A stretch of DNA of 46,353 nt, from the IMG/VR virus record IMGVR_UViG_2711768010_000018. One strand, 5' to 3'. Position 1 is the stretch's first letter. Every line of letters begins with the position of its first letter. A program made the position numbers and the translations under genes. Source of the stretch: a virus. Taxonomy: Duplodnaviria > Heunggongvirae > Uroviricota > Caudoviricetes. Of this stretch, positions 19,283 through 28,053 are shown in pieces. The notes beneath the pieces are model-generated. The model was not told the origin of the DNA. It saw only the letters and a list, made by a program, of their open reading frames with translations, and ran no database searches.

Positions 19283-19306
19283 GCTCGCTACGGCGAGCTT
19301 TTTATA
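19283..19306 (+). terminator. Rho-independent terminator about 100 bp upstream of the holin gene
   Basis: Stem AGCTCGC (19283-19289), loop TACG, stem GCGAGCT (19294-19300), then TTTTT. Confidence 0.55.
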
Positions 19307-19407
19307 TTGCATCGTCTCCAGCATATATATCAATTAAGGCTCTGATTGATGTGTCTGAAAGCCTACACATAATAACTATGCCATCCGTTCCGTGCGGAGG
19401 TGAGGCT

Positions 19408-19623
19408 ATGAAATCCATGGACAAAATTTCAACAGGCATTGCCTACGGCACCTCCGCAGGCAGTGCTGGCTACTGGTTTTTACAGTTGCTCGATAGAGTA
19501 ACTCCGTCACAGTGGGCTGCAATCGGTGTGCTGGGTAGTCTGGTATTTGGCCTGCTGACGTACCTGACAAACCTTTATTTCAAGATTAAAGAAGATAAGC
19601 GCAAGGCTGCGAGAGGTGAATAA
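19408..19623 (+). CDS. Phage-21-type pinholin S with dual-start motif (MKSM...), 71 aa
   Basis: ORF track 19351..19623 begins at GTG; the internal ATG at 19408 follows a GGAGGTGAGG RBS and gives a sequence nearly identical to S21 as I recall it ([26 protein letters not shown]...KAARGE); stop overlaps the endolysin start. Confidence 0.85.
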   Translation: MKSMDKISTGIAYGTSAGSAGYWFLQLLDRVTPSQWAAIGVLGSLVFGLLTYLTNLYFKIKEDKRKAARGE

Positions 19624-20170
19624 TGCCTCCATCATTACGAAAAGTCGTTGCTGCTGCTATTGGTGGCGGAGCAATTGCTATAGCATCAGTGTTAATCACT
19701 GGCCCAAGTGGTAACGATGGTCTGGAAGGTGTCAGCTACATACCATACAAAGATATTGTTGGTGTATGGACTGTATGTCACGGGCATACAGGAAAAGACA
19801 TCATGCTCGGTAAAACGTATACCGAAGCAGNNNNNNNNNNNNNNNNNNNNNNNNNNNNNNNNNNNNNNNNNNNNNNNNNNNATGCAAAACACTCTTGAAT
19901 AAAGACCTTGCCACTGTCGCCAGACAAATTAACCCGTACATCAAAGTCGATATACCGGAAACAACGCGCGGCGCTCTTTACTCATTCGTTTACAACGTGG
20001 GTGCTGGCAATTTCAGAACATCGACGCTTCTTCGCAAAATAAACCAGGGCGATATCAAAGGCGCATGTGACCAGCTACGTCGCTGGACATATGCTGGCGG
20101 TAAGCAATGGAAAGGTCTCATGACTCGTCGTGAGATTGAGCGTGAAATCTGTTTGTGGGGTCAGCAATGA
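19623..20170 (+). CDS. SAR endolysin (phage-21 R-type lysozyme), interrupted by a 51-N run at 19831-19881
   Basis: N-terminal SAR segment ([18 protein letters not shown]), then lysozyme-like sequence; the two track ORFs (19623..19898 and 19895..20170) are the two halves of one gene split by the N-run. Confidence 0.8.
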
Positions 20171-20631
20171 ACAGAGTAACCGCGATTATCTCCGCTCTGG
20201 TTATCTGCATCATCGTCTGCCTGTCATGGGCTGTTAATCATTACCGTGATAACGCCATTACCTACAAAGCCCAGCGCGACAAAAATGCCAGAGAACTGAA
20301 GCTGGCGAACGCGGCAATTACTGACATGCAGATGCGTCAGCGTGATGTTGCTGCGCTCGATGCAAAATACACGAAGGAGTTAGCTGATGCGAAAGCTGAA
20401 AATGATGCTCTGCGTGATGATGTTGCCGCTGGTCGTCGTCGGTTGCACATCAAAGCAGTCTGTCAGTCAGTGCGTGAAGCCACCACCGCCTCCGGCGTGG
20501 ATAATGCAGCCTCCCCCCGACTGGCAGACACCGCTGAACGGGATTATTTCACCCTCCGGGAACGACTGGTAATGATGCAGGCCCAACTTGAAGGTGCTCA
20601 GCAATACATAACCGAGCAGTGTTTAAAGTAA
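20167..20631 (+). CDS. rzpR: Rz i-spanin, 154 aa
   Basis: ATG at 20167 overlaps the endolysin stop; N-terminal TM segment, then coiled-coil-like periplasmic region; contains the embedded Rz1 gene. Confidence 0.8.
   Translation: MNRVTAIISALVICIIVCLSWAVNHYRDNAITYKAQRDKNARELKLANAAITDMQMRQRDVAALDAKYTKELADAKAENDALRDDVAAGRRRLHIKAVCQSVREATTASGVDNAASPRLADTAERDYFTLRERLVMMQAQLEGAQQYITEQCLK
20387..20572 (+). CDS. rzoR: Rz1 o-spanin lipoprotein embedded in the +1 frame of Rz, 61 aa, proline-rich
   Basis: RBS AAGGAG at 20374-20379, ATG at 20387; lipobox VVGC; PPPPPAW proline-rich mature region. Confidence 0.75.
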   Translation: MRKLKMMLCVMMLPLVVVGCTSKQSVSQCVKPPPPPAWIMQPPPDWQTPLNGIISPSGNDW

Positions 20632-20768
20632 AATCTTAACTACAATATGATTCATTTTGATGATTGTTTCATAAGGAACAGTGAAGTAAGATCTAAGAGG
20701 AGTTAAATTTTATACAGTATAATCATAATATTGCAGCAAGGTGGTTATAATTGAAAGAATATTTAGAT

Positions 20769-22226
20769 ATGAATACATCTCATGTAAGAGTTGTTACTCA
20801 TATGTGTGGGTTCCTGGTTTGGCTCTATAGTCTTTCAATGTTGCCACCAATGGTTGTAGCATTGTTTTATAAAGAAAAAAGCCTGTTCGTTTTCTTTATA
20901 ACTTTCGTTATATTTTTTTGCATTGGTGGCGGAGCGTGGTATACAACTAAGAAATCTGGCATTCAATTACGTACCCGTGATGGGTTTATTATAATTGTAA
21001 TGTTTTGGATTTTGTTTTCTGTTATTAGTGCATTCCCTTTATGGATTGACTCAGAACTTAATTTAACGTTCATTGATGCTCTGTTTGAAGGGGTTTCTGG
21101 AATAACAACAACAGGAGCAACTGTAATTGATGATGTTAGTTCATTACCTCGGGCATATTTGTACTATCGGTCACAGTTAAATTTTATAGGTGGTTTAGGA
21201 GTTATTGTTCTGGCGGTTGCAGTATTGCCATTATTGGGTATTGGTGGTGCAAAGCTTTATCAGTCAGAAATGCCGGGGCCATTTAAGGATGACAAACTCA
21301 CTCCCCGCCTGGCCGATACGTCACGGACACTGTGGATAACTTATTCTTTATTAGGTATTGCTTGTATTGTCTGTTATAGACTTGCAGGAATGCCTTTGTT
21401 TGATGCTATTTGTCACGGGATTTCCACAGTTTCGCTTGGTGGTTTCTCAACTCATAGCGAGAGTATCGGATATTTTAATAACTATTTGGTTGAGCTGGTG
21501 GCTGGTTCTTTTTCCCTGCTATCGGCTTTCAACTTCACTCTTTGGTATATTGTTATTAGCAGAAAAACGATAAAACCTTTAATCAGAGATATTGAACTTC
21601 GTTTCTTTCTGTTAATAGCCTTAGGGGTGATCATTGTTACCTCTTTCCAGGTCTGGCATATAGGTATGTATGACTTGCATGGAAGTTTTATTCATTCGTT
21701 TTTTCTTGCCAGCTCCATGCTCACTGATAATGGTTTAGCTACGCAGGATTATGCAAACTGGCCCACGCACACGATAGTGTTTTTGCTGTTGTCAAGTTTC
21801 TTTGGGGGATGTATAGGTTCAACCTGTGGTGGAATTAAGTCACTTCGATTTCTTATACTTTTCAAACAAAGCAAACACGAGATAAATCAGCTTTCTCATC
21901 CCAGAGCGTTGTTGAGTGTAAATGTAGGAGGGAAGATAGTTACAGATCGTGTAATGAGGTCTGTATGGAGTTTCTTTTTTCTTTATACTCTCTTCACGGT
22001 GTTTTTTATACTGGTGTTAAATGGTATGGGATATGATTTTCTTACATCATTTGCAACAGTGGCTGCATGTATTAATAATATGGGATTAGGTTTTGGGGCT
22101 ACTGCATCGTCATTCGGAGTGCTTAATGACATTGCAAAATATTTAATGTGCATAGCTATGATTCTTGGTCGCCTTGAAATTTATCCTGTTATTATATTGT
22201 TTTCAGGTTTTTTTTGGCGCTCCTAA
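20769..22226 (+). CDS. trkG: TrkG potassium uptake transmembrane protein (TrkH/TrkG family), about 485 aa from MNTSHVRVVTHM...
   Basis: Polytopic membrane protein; AT-rich moron between the lysis and packaging modules, as in Rac; ORF track 20751..22226 with the internal Met at 20769 matching the recalled TrkG N-terminus. Confidence 0.88.
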   Translation: MNTSHVRVVTHMCGFLVWLYSLSMLPPMVVALFYKEKSLFVFFITFVIFFCIGGGAWYTTKKSGIQLRTRDGFIIIVMFWILFSVISAFPLWIDSELNLTFIDALFEGVSGITTTGATVIDDVSSLPRAYLYYRSQLNFIGGLGVIVLAVAVLPLLGIGGAKLYQSEMPGPFKDDKLTPRLADTSRTLWITYSLLGIACIVCYRLAGMPLFDAICHGISTVSLGGFSTHSESIGYFNNYLVELVAGSFSLLSAFNFTLWYIVISRKTIKPLIRDIELRFFLLIALGVIIVTSFQVWHIGMYDLHGSFIHSFFLASSMLTDNGLATQDYANWPTHTIVFLLLSSFFGGCIGSTCGGIKSLRFLILFKQSKHEINQLSHPRALLSVNVGGKIVTDRVMRSVWSFFFLYTLFTVFFILVLNGMGYDFLTSFATVAACINNMGLGFGATASSFGVLNDIAKYLMCIAMILGRLEIYPVIILFSGFFWRS

Positions 22227-22363
22227 TATATGGCTGATTTATAATTGTGAGTTTAATATTATGTTGACTCACTCATTGATCCAATACCTAACTTTACCAG
22301 CAACACCTCCGCCCCCAGTAGCACTGGCTGCTGGGGTGCGTTTTATTCATAAAGCAAGGCTGT

Positions 22364-23152
22364 ATGAGCGAGAAATTAAAGATAGTCTATCGCCCATTAC
22401 AAGAATTGTCACCGTATGCGCACAACGCCAGGACGCACAGTACTGAGCAGGTGGCACAACTGGTAGAAAGTATTAAGCAATTCGGCTGGACTAATCCGGT
22501 GCTGATTGACGAAAAGGGCGAAATTATTGCGGGTCACGGTCGTGTTATGGCGGCTGAAATGCTCAAAATGGATTCTGTTCCGGTCATTGTTCTGTCTGGC
22601 CTGACGGATGAGCAGAAAAAGGCGTACCGCCTGGCAGATAATCGCCTGCCGATGAATGCTGGCTGGGATGAAGATCTGTTGCGGATGGAGCTGTCGGACC
22701 TAATCAATGCTGATTTTGATGTCTCCCTGACAGGCTTCATCCCGGCAGAAATTGATGAACTGTTGACGGATGTTTTGCCCGGTACAGGAAATGAGGAGGA
22801 GCCGTATACGACGAAAATTGATACGCCTGTTTATGAGCCGTCAGGCGGTAAACCGGATATCAGTGAACTGTACGACGATACGAAAACTCAGGAGCTGATC
22901 AGCCGGATACGTTCGGCGTCCCTTGATCCTGATATTGAGAAATTCCTCCTGTGTGCAGCAGAACGTCACACGGTGTTTAATTTCAGCAGAATTGCGGACT
23001 ATTACGCTCATGCCCCCGCTGAAATTCAGTGCCTTTTCGAGGAGTCGGCGCTGGTGATCATTGATTATCAGCAGGCTATTGAAAATGGATTTGTCCGAAT
23101 GACGCAGCGCATGGTGGAGATCATGCATGGCGGGGAGGAGGAATATGCGTGA
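22364..23152 (+). CDS. ParB-like nuclease domain protein, 262 aa
   Basis: N-terminal ParB/Srx-like motif (...NPVLIDEKGEIIAGHGRVMAA...) upstream of the terminase genes, a position commonly occupied by ParB-N proteins in siphophages. Confidence 0.7.
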   Translation: MSEKLKIVYRPLQELSPYAHNARTHSTEQVAQLVESIKQFGWTNPVLIDEKGEIIAGHGRVMAAEMLKMDSVPVIVLSGLTDEQKKAYRLADNRLPMNAGWDEDLLRMELSDLINADFDVSLTGFIPAEIDELLTDVLPGTGNEEEPYTTKIDTPVYEPSGGKPDISELYDDTKTQELISRIRSASLDPDIEKFLLCAAERHTVFNFSRIADYYAHAPAEIQCLFEESALVIIDYQQAIENGFVRMTQRMVEIMHGGEEEYA

Positions 23153-24077
23153 TGATTTTTGCGCCTTTATTCTGACTCACGGGCGACCGGACAAAGTTCT
23201 GACTTACCGGACGTTGCGTCGTGCTGGCTATACCGGGAAAATTTTTATCGTTGTTGATGATGAAGATAAGACACGGCATCAGTACATGGCTGAATTTGGT
23301 GAACAGGTGCTGGTATTTTCCAAAGCCGATATTGCTAGTCGTTTTGACGAAGCCGATAATTTTAGTGACCGCCGCTCAATTTTTTACGCCCGTAATGCCT
23401 GTTTCGACCAGGCAAAACTGGTCGGGTGTAAATACTTCATTCAGCTCGATGATGATTATCACGAGTTCCAGTTTCGGGTGGATCGCAACTATGACCAGGC
23501 CTATTTCCCGATAAGGAAACTGGATGAGATCCTTTCTGAAATGCTTGCGTACTACGAATCAATACCTGCTCTTTCCATCGCTATGTCGCAGGGCGGGGAT
23601 TTTCTTGGTGACAATGGCGGCCATGCTTCGTGGGTGAAACGCAAGGCAATGAACAGCTTTATCTGTTCGGTTGATCGACCGTTCTCATTCATGGGGCGCA
23701 TTAACGAGGATGTGAATACGTACACGAATCTCGGTCGCTGTGGTGAATTGTTTATGACGATCGGTGCTGTCCAGTTAGGGCAGAAACAGACGCAGAAAAA
23801 CAGCGGCGGAATGACCGAGCTGTATCTGGATTCCGGAACCTACGTTAAAAGTTTTTACTCCGTCATGTATGCGCCGTCGTGCGTAAAAATCTCACTTATG
23901 GGTGCCAGTCATAAACGCATTCACCATCAGGTCACCTGGAACAACGCTGCAGTAAAAATCCTTCACGAAAAATACAGGAAGAAGACACCCTGCATATCAA
24001 TGGGGGTGACAAATGATTCCGTATTCGAAAGTCGAGTCTCTGGCAGCGTGCCGGATGACTGCACAACAAATCGCTGA
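23145..24077 (+). CDS. Hypothetical protein, 310 aa, with acidic DxD-like motifs (possible GT-A-like fold, uncertain)
   Basis: ORF track 23127..24077; the ATG at 23145 is preceded by GGAGGAGG and overlaps the ParB-like stop; motifs VVDDEDK and QLDDDY; function not recognised. Confidence 0.5.
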   Translation: MRDDFCAFILTHGRPDKVLTYRTLRRAGYTGKIFIVVDDEDKTRHQYMAEFGEQVLVFSKADIASRFDEADNFSDRRSIFYARNACFDQAKLVGCKYFIQLDDDYHEFQFRVDRNYDQAYFPIRKLDEILSEMLAYYESIPALSIAMSQGGDFLGDNGGHASWVKRKAMNSFICSVDRPFSFMGRINEDVNTYTNLGRCGELFMTIGAVQLGQKQTQKNSGGMTELYLDSGTYVKSFYSVMYAPSCVKISLMGASHKRIHHQVTWNNAAVKILHEKYRKKTPCISMGVTNDSVFESRVSGSVPDDCTTNR

Positions 24078-24264
24078 CGTTCTGGATGTTGATCTGAACC
24101 GACTGAAAGAAAATCGGGAAGCAATGACAGATTTTTATGCGGCCATCCGTAAGGGCAGAGCGAAAGGTGAAGCCGAGTTACGAGCGGCATTGTTTAAGCT
24201 TGCCAGAAAAGGGGATGCCTTTGCTCTGCGCGAACTACTCAGGGTGGATAAAAATCAGGACTAA
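24052..24264 (+). CDS. Small putative HTH protein, about 70 aa
   Basis: ORF track 24013..24264 with internal Met MTAQQIADVLD...; immediately upstream of the terminase small subunit. Confidence 0.4.
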   Translation, partial: RMTAQQIADVLDVDLNRLKENREAMTDFYAAIRKGRAKGEAELRAALFKLARKGDAFALRELLRVDKNQD

Positions 24265-24267
24265 CTG

Positions 24268-25362
24268 ATGAGCAGACCGGACTGGGGGGCGTTGCAGCAG
24301 GAGTATATTGCTGAATACACCCGCTCCGGTATATCTCCGGTGGCATGGTGTGAAGCAAGGGGACTGAATTACGCAACAGCCCGTCGTTACATCAAAAAAA
24401 CTCCGAAAAATGCGCAGACAGAAATGTGCAAAACTGCGCAAAAAAGTGCGCAGAAAAAATCTGCGCAGACTGCACAAAAGCGGAACGAAAAATCTCAGGA
24501 AAAAAAGCCAGTATTCGATGCGGGCCTGAATGAGGGCGACGCGGAGGAATTTTCGTTCTGTCCCGATGAATTCGGCATTTCTGACCAGCAGGCTAAGTTT
24601 GCGATGCTTGTTGCTCAGGGTAAAAAGCCGACAGAGGCGTACCGACTAGCCGGTTATGAGGGGCAAGGTGCGACAGCTAACAGCAACGCCAGTCGTATGC
24701 TTAGAAATGCCAGGGTTTTTCGCGCTATCAGCTACTTCCGCAATCAGTACCAGAAACGCTATACCGCAGACCTGGATTTACTAGTGAGTCAGTTGATGGC
24801 TATTGTCCTGGCCGACCCCAATCAGCTTGCACAATTTCGCCGTGTTAACTGCCGTTATTGCTGGGGCGAGAATCATCTCTACCAGTGGCGCGATATAGCA
24901 GAATTCGACAAGGCAGCGGCGCAGGCTTCCAGAGATGGCAAACCCGAACCGGAATATGGAGGCCTCGGCTTTGTTGATAACGCCATACCCAATCCGGACT
25001 GCCCGAAGTGCTGCGGTGAGGGAACGGGACAGCTTTATATGGCTGATACCACTCTGCTTGATGGGGATGCGCGGCAATTATATGCAGGGGCAAAATTCGG
25101 AAAATTCGGCGTTGAGATCCTGCTGGAGGATAAGGCTGCCGCCCGGCGTGAATTGTTGCGTTTGTTTTCTGCTGGCGGGGCTTTATGTGCAGATAAGCGG
25201 CTACGGGAACTGGAAATTGAACGGCGCAGAATGGAAAACCAGAAGCTGCGCAAAGAGATCGAAACGGTGGAAGATAATGAACATCCCCAGCCTGTGGCGA
25301 TCAATATTAATGTGGTTGATGCCAGAGTAAGGAGTGATGAAGATGATCTCTCCGACGCTTAA
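24268..25362 (+). CDS. Terminase small subunit (N-terminal HTH, central Terminase_2-like region), 364 aa
   Basis: Position directly upstream of the large terminase; region ...FGISDQQAKFAMLVAQGKKPTEAYRLAGYEG... resembles small-terminase DNA-binding domains; contains the TGCGCA repeat cluster. Confidence 0.65.
   Translation: MSRPDWGALQQEYIAEYTRSGISPVAWCEARGLNYATARRYIKKTPKNAQTEMCKTAQKSAQKKSAQTAQKRNEKSQEKKPVFDAGLNEGDAEEFSFCPDEFGISDQQAKFAMLVAQGKKPTEAYRLAGYEGQGATANSNASRMLRNARVFRAISYFRNQYQKRYTADLDLLVSQLMAIVLADPNQLAQFRRVNCRYCWGENHLYQWRDIAEFDKAAAQASRDGKPEPEYGGLGFVDNAIPNPDCPKCCGEGTGQLYMADTTLLDGDARQLYAGAKFGKFGVEILLEDKAAARRELLRLFSAGGALCADKRLRELEIERRRMENQKLRKEIETVEDNEHPQPVAININVVDARVRSDEDDLSDA
24411..24476 (+). 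repeat. Cluster of TGCGCA(G) hexamer repeats inside the small terminase gene
   Basis: TGCGCAG at 24411, 24447 and 24463, TGCGCA at 24435, variants TGTGCA at 24426 and TGCACA at 24471, spaced 8-16 bp. Confidence 0.6.
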
Positions 25363-26644
25363 TGTGCCTCAGGCGCGATTTCTTTCAATGCCCCATAAAT
25401 TTAAAGCCTATATTGCTGGTTTTGGCTCGGGCAAAACATGGGTTGGGTGTGGCGGCATATGCAAGGGGATTTGGGAGCATCCAGGTATAAATCAGGGATA
25501 TTTTGCGCCAACGTATCCCCAAATTCGCGATATTTTTTACCCTACAGTGGAAGAAGTTGCTGCTGACTGGGGATTGAACGTAAAAATTAATGAGGGAAAT
25601 AAAGAGGTTCACTTTTATTACGGACGCCAGTATCGGGGAACCACTATCTGCAGATCGATGGAGAAGCCACAAACGATCGTCGGTTTCAAAATTGGTAATG
25701 CGTTGGTGGATGAACTGGACATTTTGCCGAAGGAAAAAGCCAGAACGGCGTGGCGCAAGATAATTGCACGTATGCGTTATAAGATTGATGGACTTCGCAA
25801 CGGTATTGACGTTACAACCACGCCGGAAGGATTCAAATTTGTCTACGAGCAGTTTGTTAAAGCCGTGCGTGAAAAAACAGAGCTGGCCTCACTGTATGGT
25901 CTGGTGCAGGCATCTACTTTCGATAATGAAAAGAACCTGCCAGCAGATTACATTCCTTCGCTTCTTGAATCATACCCTCCAGAGCTGATTAAAGCCTATC
26001 TTCGAGGACAGTTTACTAACCTGACAAGTGGTACTGTTTACCATCAGTTTGACCGGAAACTGAATAATTGCGAAGAAGTGGAGCAGCCAGGGGAGCCGAT
26101 TTATATTGGGATGGATTTTAACGTTGGAAAGATGGCGGGAATCGTCCATGTGCTGCGTTTGGGGCTTCCATGTGCGGTAACTGAAATCATCAATGCCTAC
26201 GATACGCCGGATATGATCCGCATCATTAAAGAACGCTTCTGGCTGTATGATGGGAATGATTACCGGAAAGTGAGGGAAATTTATATTTATCCAGATGCTT
26301 CCGGGGATTCCAGAAAATCAAGTAACGCAAGTACGACGGATATAGCCCAGCTTAAGCAGGCTGGTTTTAACGTTGTGGTGAACAGCTCGAACCCGCCAGT
26401 AAAAGATCGCGTTAACTCAATGAATGCAATGTTCTGCAATGCCAATGGTGAGCGTCGCTATAAAGTTAATGTGAAGCGTTGCCCGTTATATGCCGAATCT
26501 CTGGAGCAACAGGTCTGGGATGAGAAGGGGGAGCCTGATAAAAAATCTGGCAATGATCACCCGAATGATGCCGGAGGTTATTTCATCGTTAAGCAATTCC
26601 CTATTGTCAAACCGACCGGAAGAGTCACATCACTTCGGATTTAA
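25343..26644 (+). CDS. Terminase large subunit (ATPase/nuclease), about 433 aa
   Basis: Walker A-like GFGSGKTWVG near the N-terminus; ORF track 25334..26644 starts at GTG, the ATG at 25343 follows a TAAGGAG RBS. Confidence 0.88.
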   Translation: MISPTLNVPQARFLSMPHKFKAYIAGFGSGKTWVGCGGICKGIWEHPGINQGYFAPTYPQIRDIFYPTVEEVAADWGLNVKINEGNKEVHFYYGRQYRGTTICRSMEKPQTIVGFKIGNALVDELDILPKEKARTAWRKIIARMRYKIDGLRNGIDVTTTPEGFKFVYEQFVKAVREKTELASLYGLVQASTFDNEKNLPADYIPSLLESYPPELIKAYLRGQFTNLTSGTVYHQFDRKLNNCEEVEQPGEPIYIGMDFNVGKMAGIVHVLRLGLPCAVTEIINAYDTPDMIRIIKERFWLYDGNDYRKVREIYIYPDASGDSRKSSNASTTDIAQLKQAGFNVVVNSSNPPVKDRVNSMNAMFCNANGERRYKVNVKRCPLYAESLEQQVWDEKGEPDKKSGNDHPNDAGGYFIVKQFPIVKPTGRVTSLRI

Positions 26645-26646
26645 TT

Positions 26647-28053
26647 ATGGCTGATATATCAACACCCAACCTCGACTATAACGATATGCTGGAGGCGTGG
26701 GATATTAACGACGCACTGATGGGCGGTACGCTTGAAATGCGCAGGCAGGGGGAAAATTATCTCCCAAAATGGCCTAACGAAGATGAAGACGCTTATAAAA
26801 AACGCCTGTCTGTGGCTACGCTACTTCCTGTGTATGAAGAAAGCATCAAGCAAAATATTGGGCGCATATTTGCAGAGCCGACAGTATTGAGTGAGGAAAC
26901 GCCGGCAAAAATCAGGGAATATGCAGAAAATATCGACATGGAGGGGAGCCGACTGGATGTGTGGGCGCAGCAATTTTTCAGCCTCGCATTTCAGTATGGT
27001 GTGGCACATGCGCTGGTGGACTATCCACGAACGGATATGAAAGAGATTCGGACAAAAGCCGATGAAAACGCGACCGGTGGTCGTCCGTACGTTACGATGC
27101 TGAATCCACGCCAGGTTATTGGATGGAAATCGAAAGTTGAAAAAGGGAAAGTTGTTCTCACTGATTTGCGTATAAAAGAGGTCATCATTATTGATGGTGA
27201 TGATTTCGGGCAGAAGAAGGTGGAGCAGATCCGCCATATTATGCCCCGTCGAGTTGAAATTTATCGACGTAGCGAAGGCACTAATGGCGAATCTGTCTGG
27301 ACGCTTCATGAGTCATGGAATACCAGCCGTGATGATATTCCTCTGGTAACACTGTACACGAAGAAAACAGGATTTATGCGTGGTACACCGCCATTGCTTA
27401 ATCTTGGCTTGCTGAATATCAAGCACTGGCAAAGCCAGAGCGAGCAGGACAATATTCTTCATGTTGCCCGCGTTCCATTGCTGGTGGCCTACGGGCTGGA
27501 CAGGAATGAAGAACTGACGGTTGGTGCATCCACCGCTACGATTTTTGAGGACAGAACAAAAAATGGCCTCGAATATGTTGAACATAGTGGCGCAGCGATA
27601 GAATCTGGCGAAACATCACTTGAGAAGCTGGAAAATCAGATGCGTCATGCCGGCGCTAAACTTCTGCGTGCTGAAAATACATCCACCAAATCTGTTGATC
27701 AGACTAATGAAGAGCGAATGCAGGAAAACTCGCCGCTTTATACAATGGCGAACTCCCTCGAAGATGCCCTCGATAATATTCTCCAGATAATGGCGGAATG
27801 GATCGGAGAGAGTTGCGGTGGCAATGTGGATGTGCGCACTGAACTGGATGTATCTGCCCAGGTGTTTGACTCATCCTCCGCGCTGGCTGTTCAGTCATTG
27901 CGTCAGGGCGGTGATATACGTCAGATTGATGCGGTTCGGGTGTTGCAGGCGTTGAAATTTATCGATCAGGATTCCCGTCCAGAGGAAGTGATCGATGAAT
28001 TAAAAAATCAGAGTGTAATGCTGATGGAAATCAATGATGCAAACCGTGAATGA
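26647..28053 (+). CDS. Portal protein, 468 aa
   Basis: Large ORF immediately downstream of the large terminase; size and position typical of portal proteins. Confidence 0.8.
   Translation: MADISTPNLDYNDMLEAWDINDALMGGTLEMRRQGENYLPKWPNEDEDAYKKRLSVATLLPVYEESIKQNIGRIFAEPTVLSEETPAKIREYAENIDMEGSRLDVWAQQFFSLAFQYGVAHALVDYPRTDMKEIRTKADENATGGRPYVTMLNPRQVIGWKSKVEKGKVVLTDLRIKEVIIIDGDDFGQKKVEQIRHIMPRRVEIYRRSEGTNGESVWTLHESWNTSRDDIPLVTLYTKKTGFMRGTPPLLNLGLLNIKHWQSQSEQDNILHVARVPLLVAYGLDRNEELTVGASTATIFEDRTKNGLEYVEHSGAAIESGETSLEKLENQMRHAGAKLLRAENTSTKSVDQTNEERMQENSPLYTMANSLEDALDNILQIMAEWIGESCGGNVDVRTELDVSAQVFDSSSALAVQSLRQGGDIRQIDAVRVLQALKFIDQDSRPEEVIDELKNQSVMLMEINDANRE

Noticed and set aside
19351-19407. GTG-initiated N-terminal extension of the holin (track ORF 19351..19623)
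   Set aside because: The internal ATG at 19408 has a strong RBS and reproduces the phage-21 S dual-start N-terminus (MKSM...) as recalled; the extension is unlikely to be translated.
19831-19881. N-runs (19831-19881, 44368-44388, 45653-45946 and the single N at 40647) as possible biological features
   Set aside because: They are sequence placeholders. Their lengths do not correspond to the amount of sequence expected to be missing (about one codon in the endolysin, several hundred bp at the lom-stf junction), so they carry no biological information.
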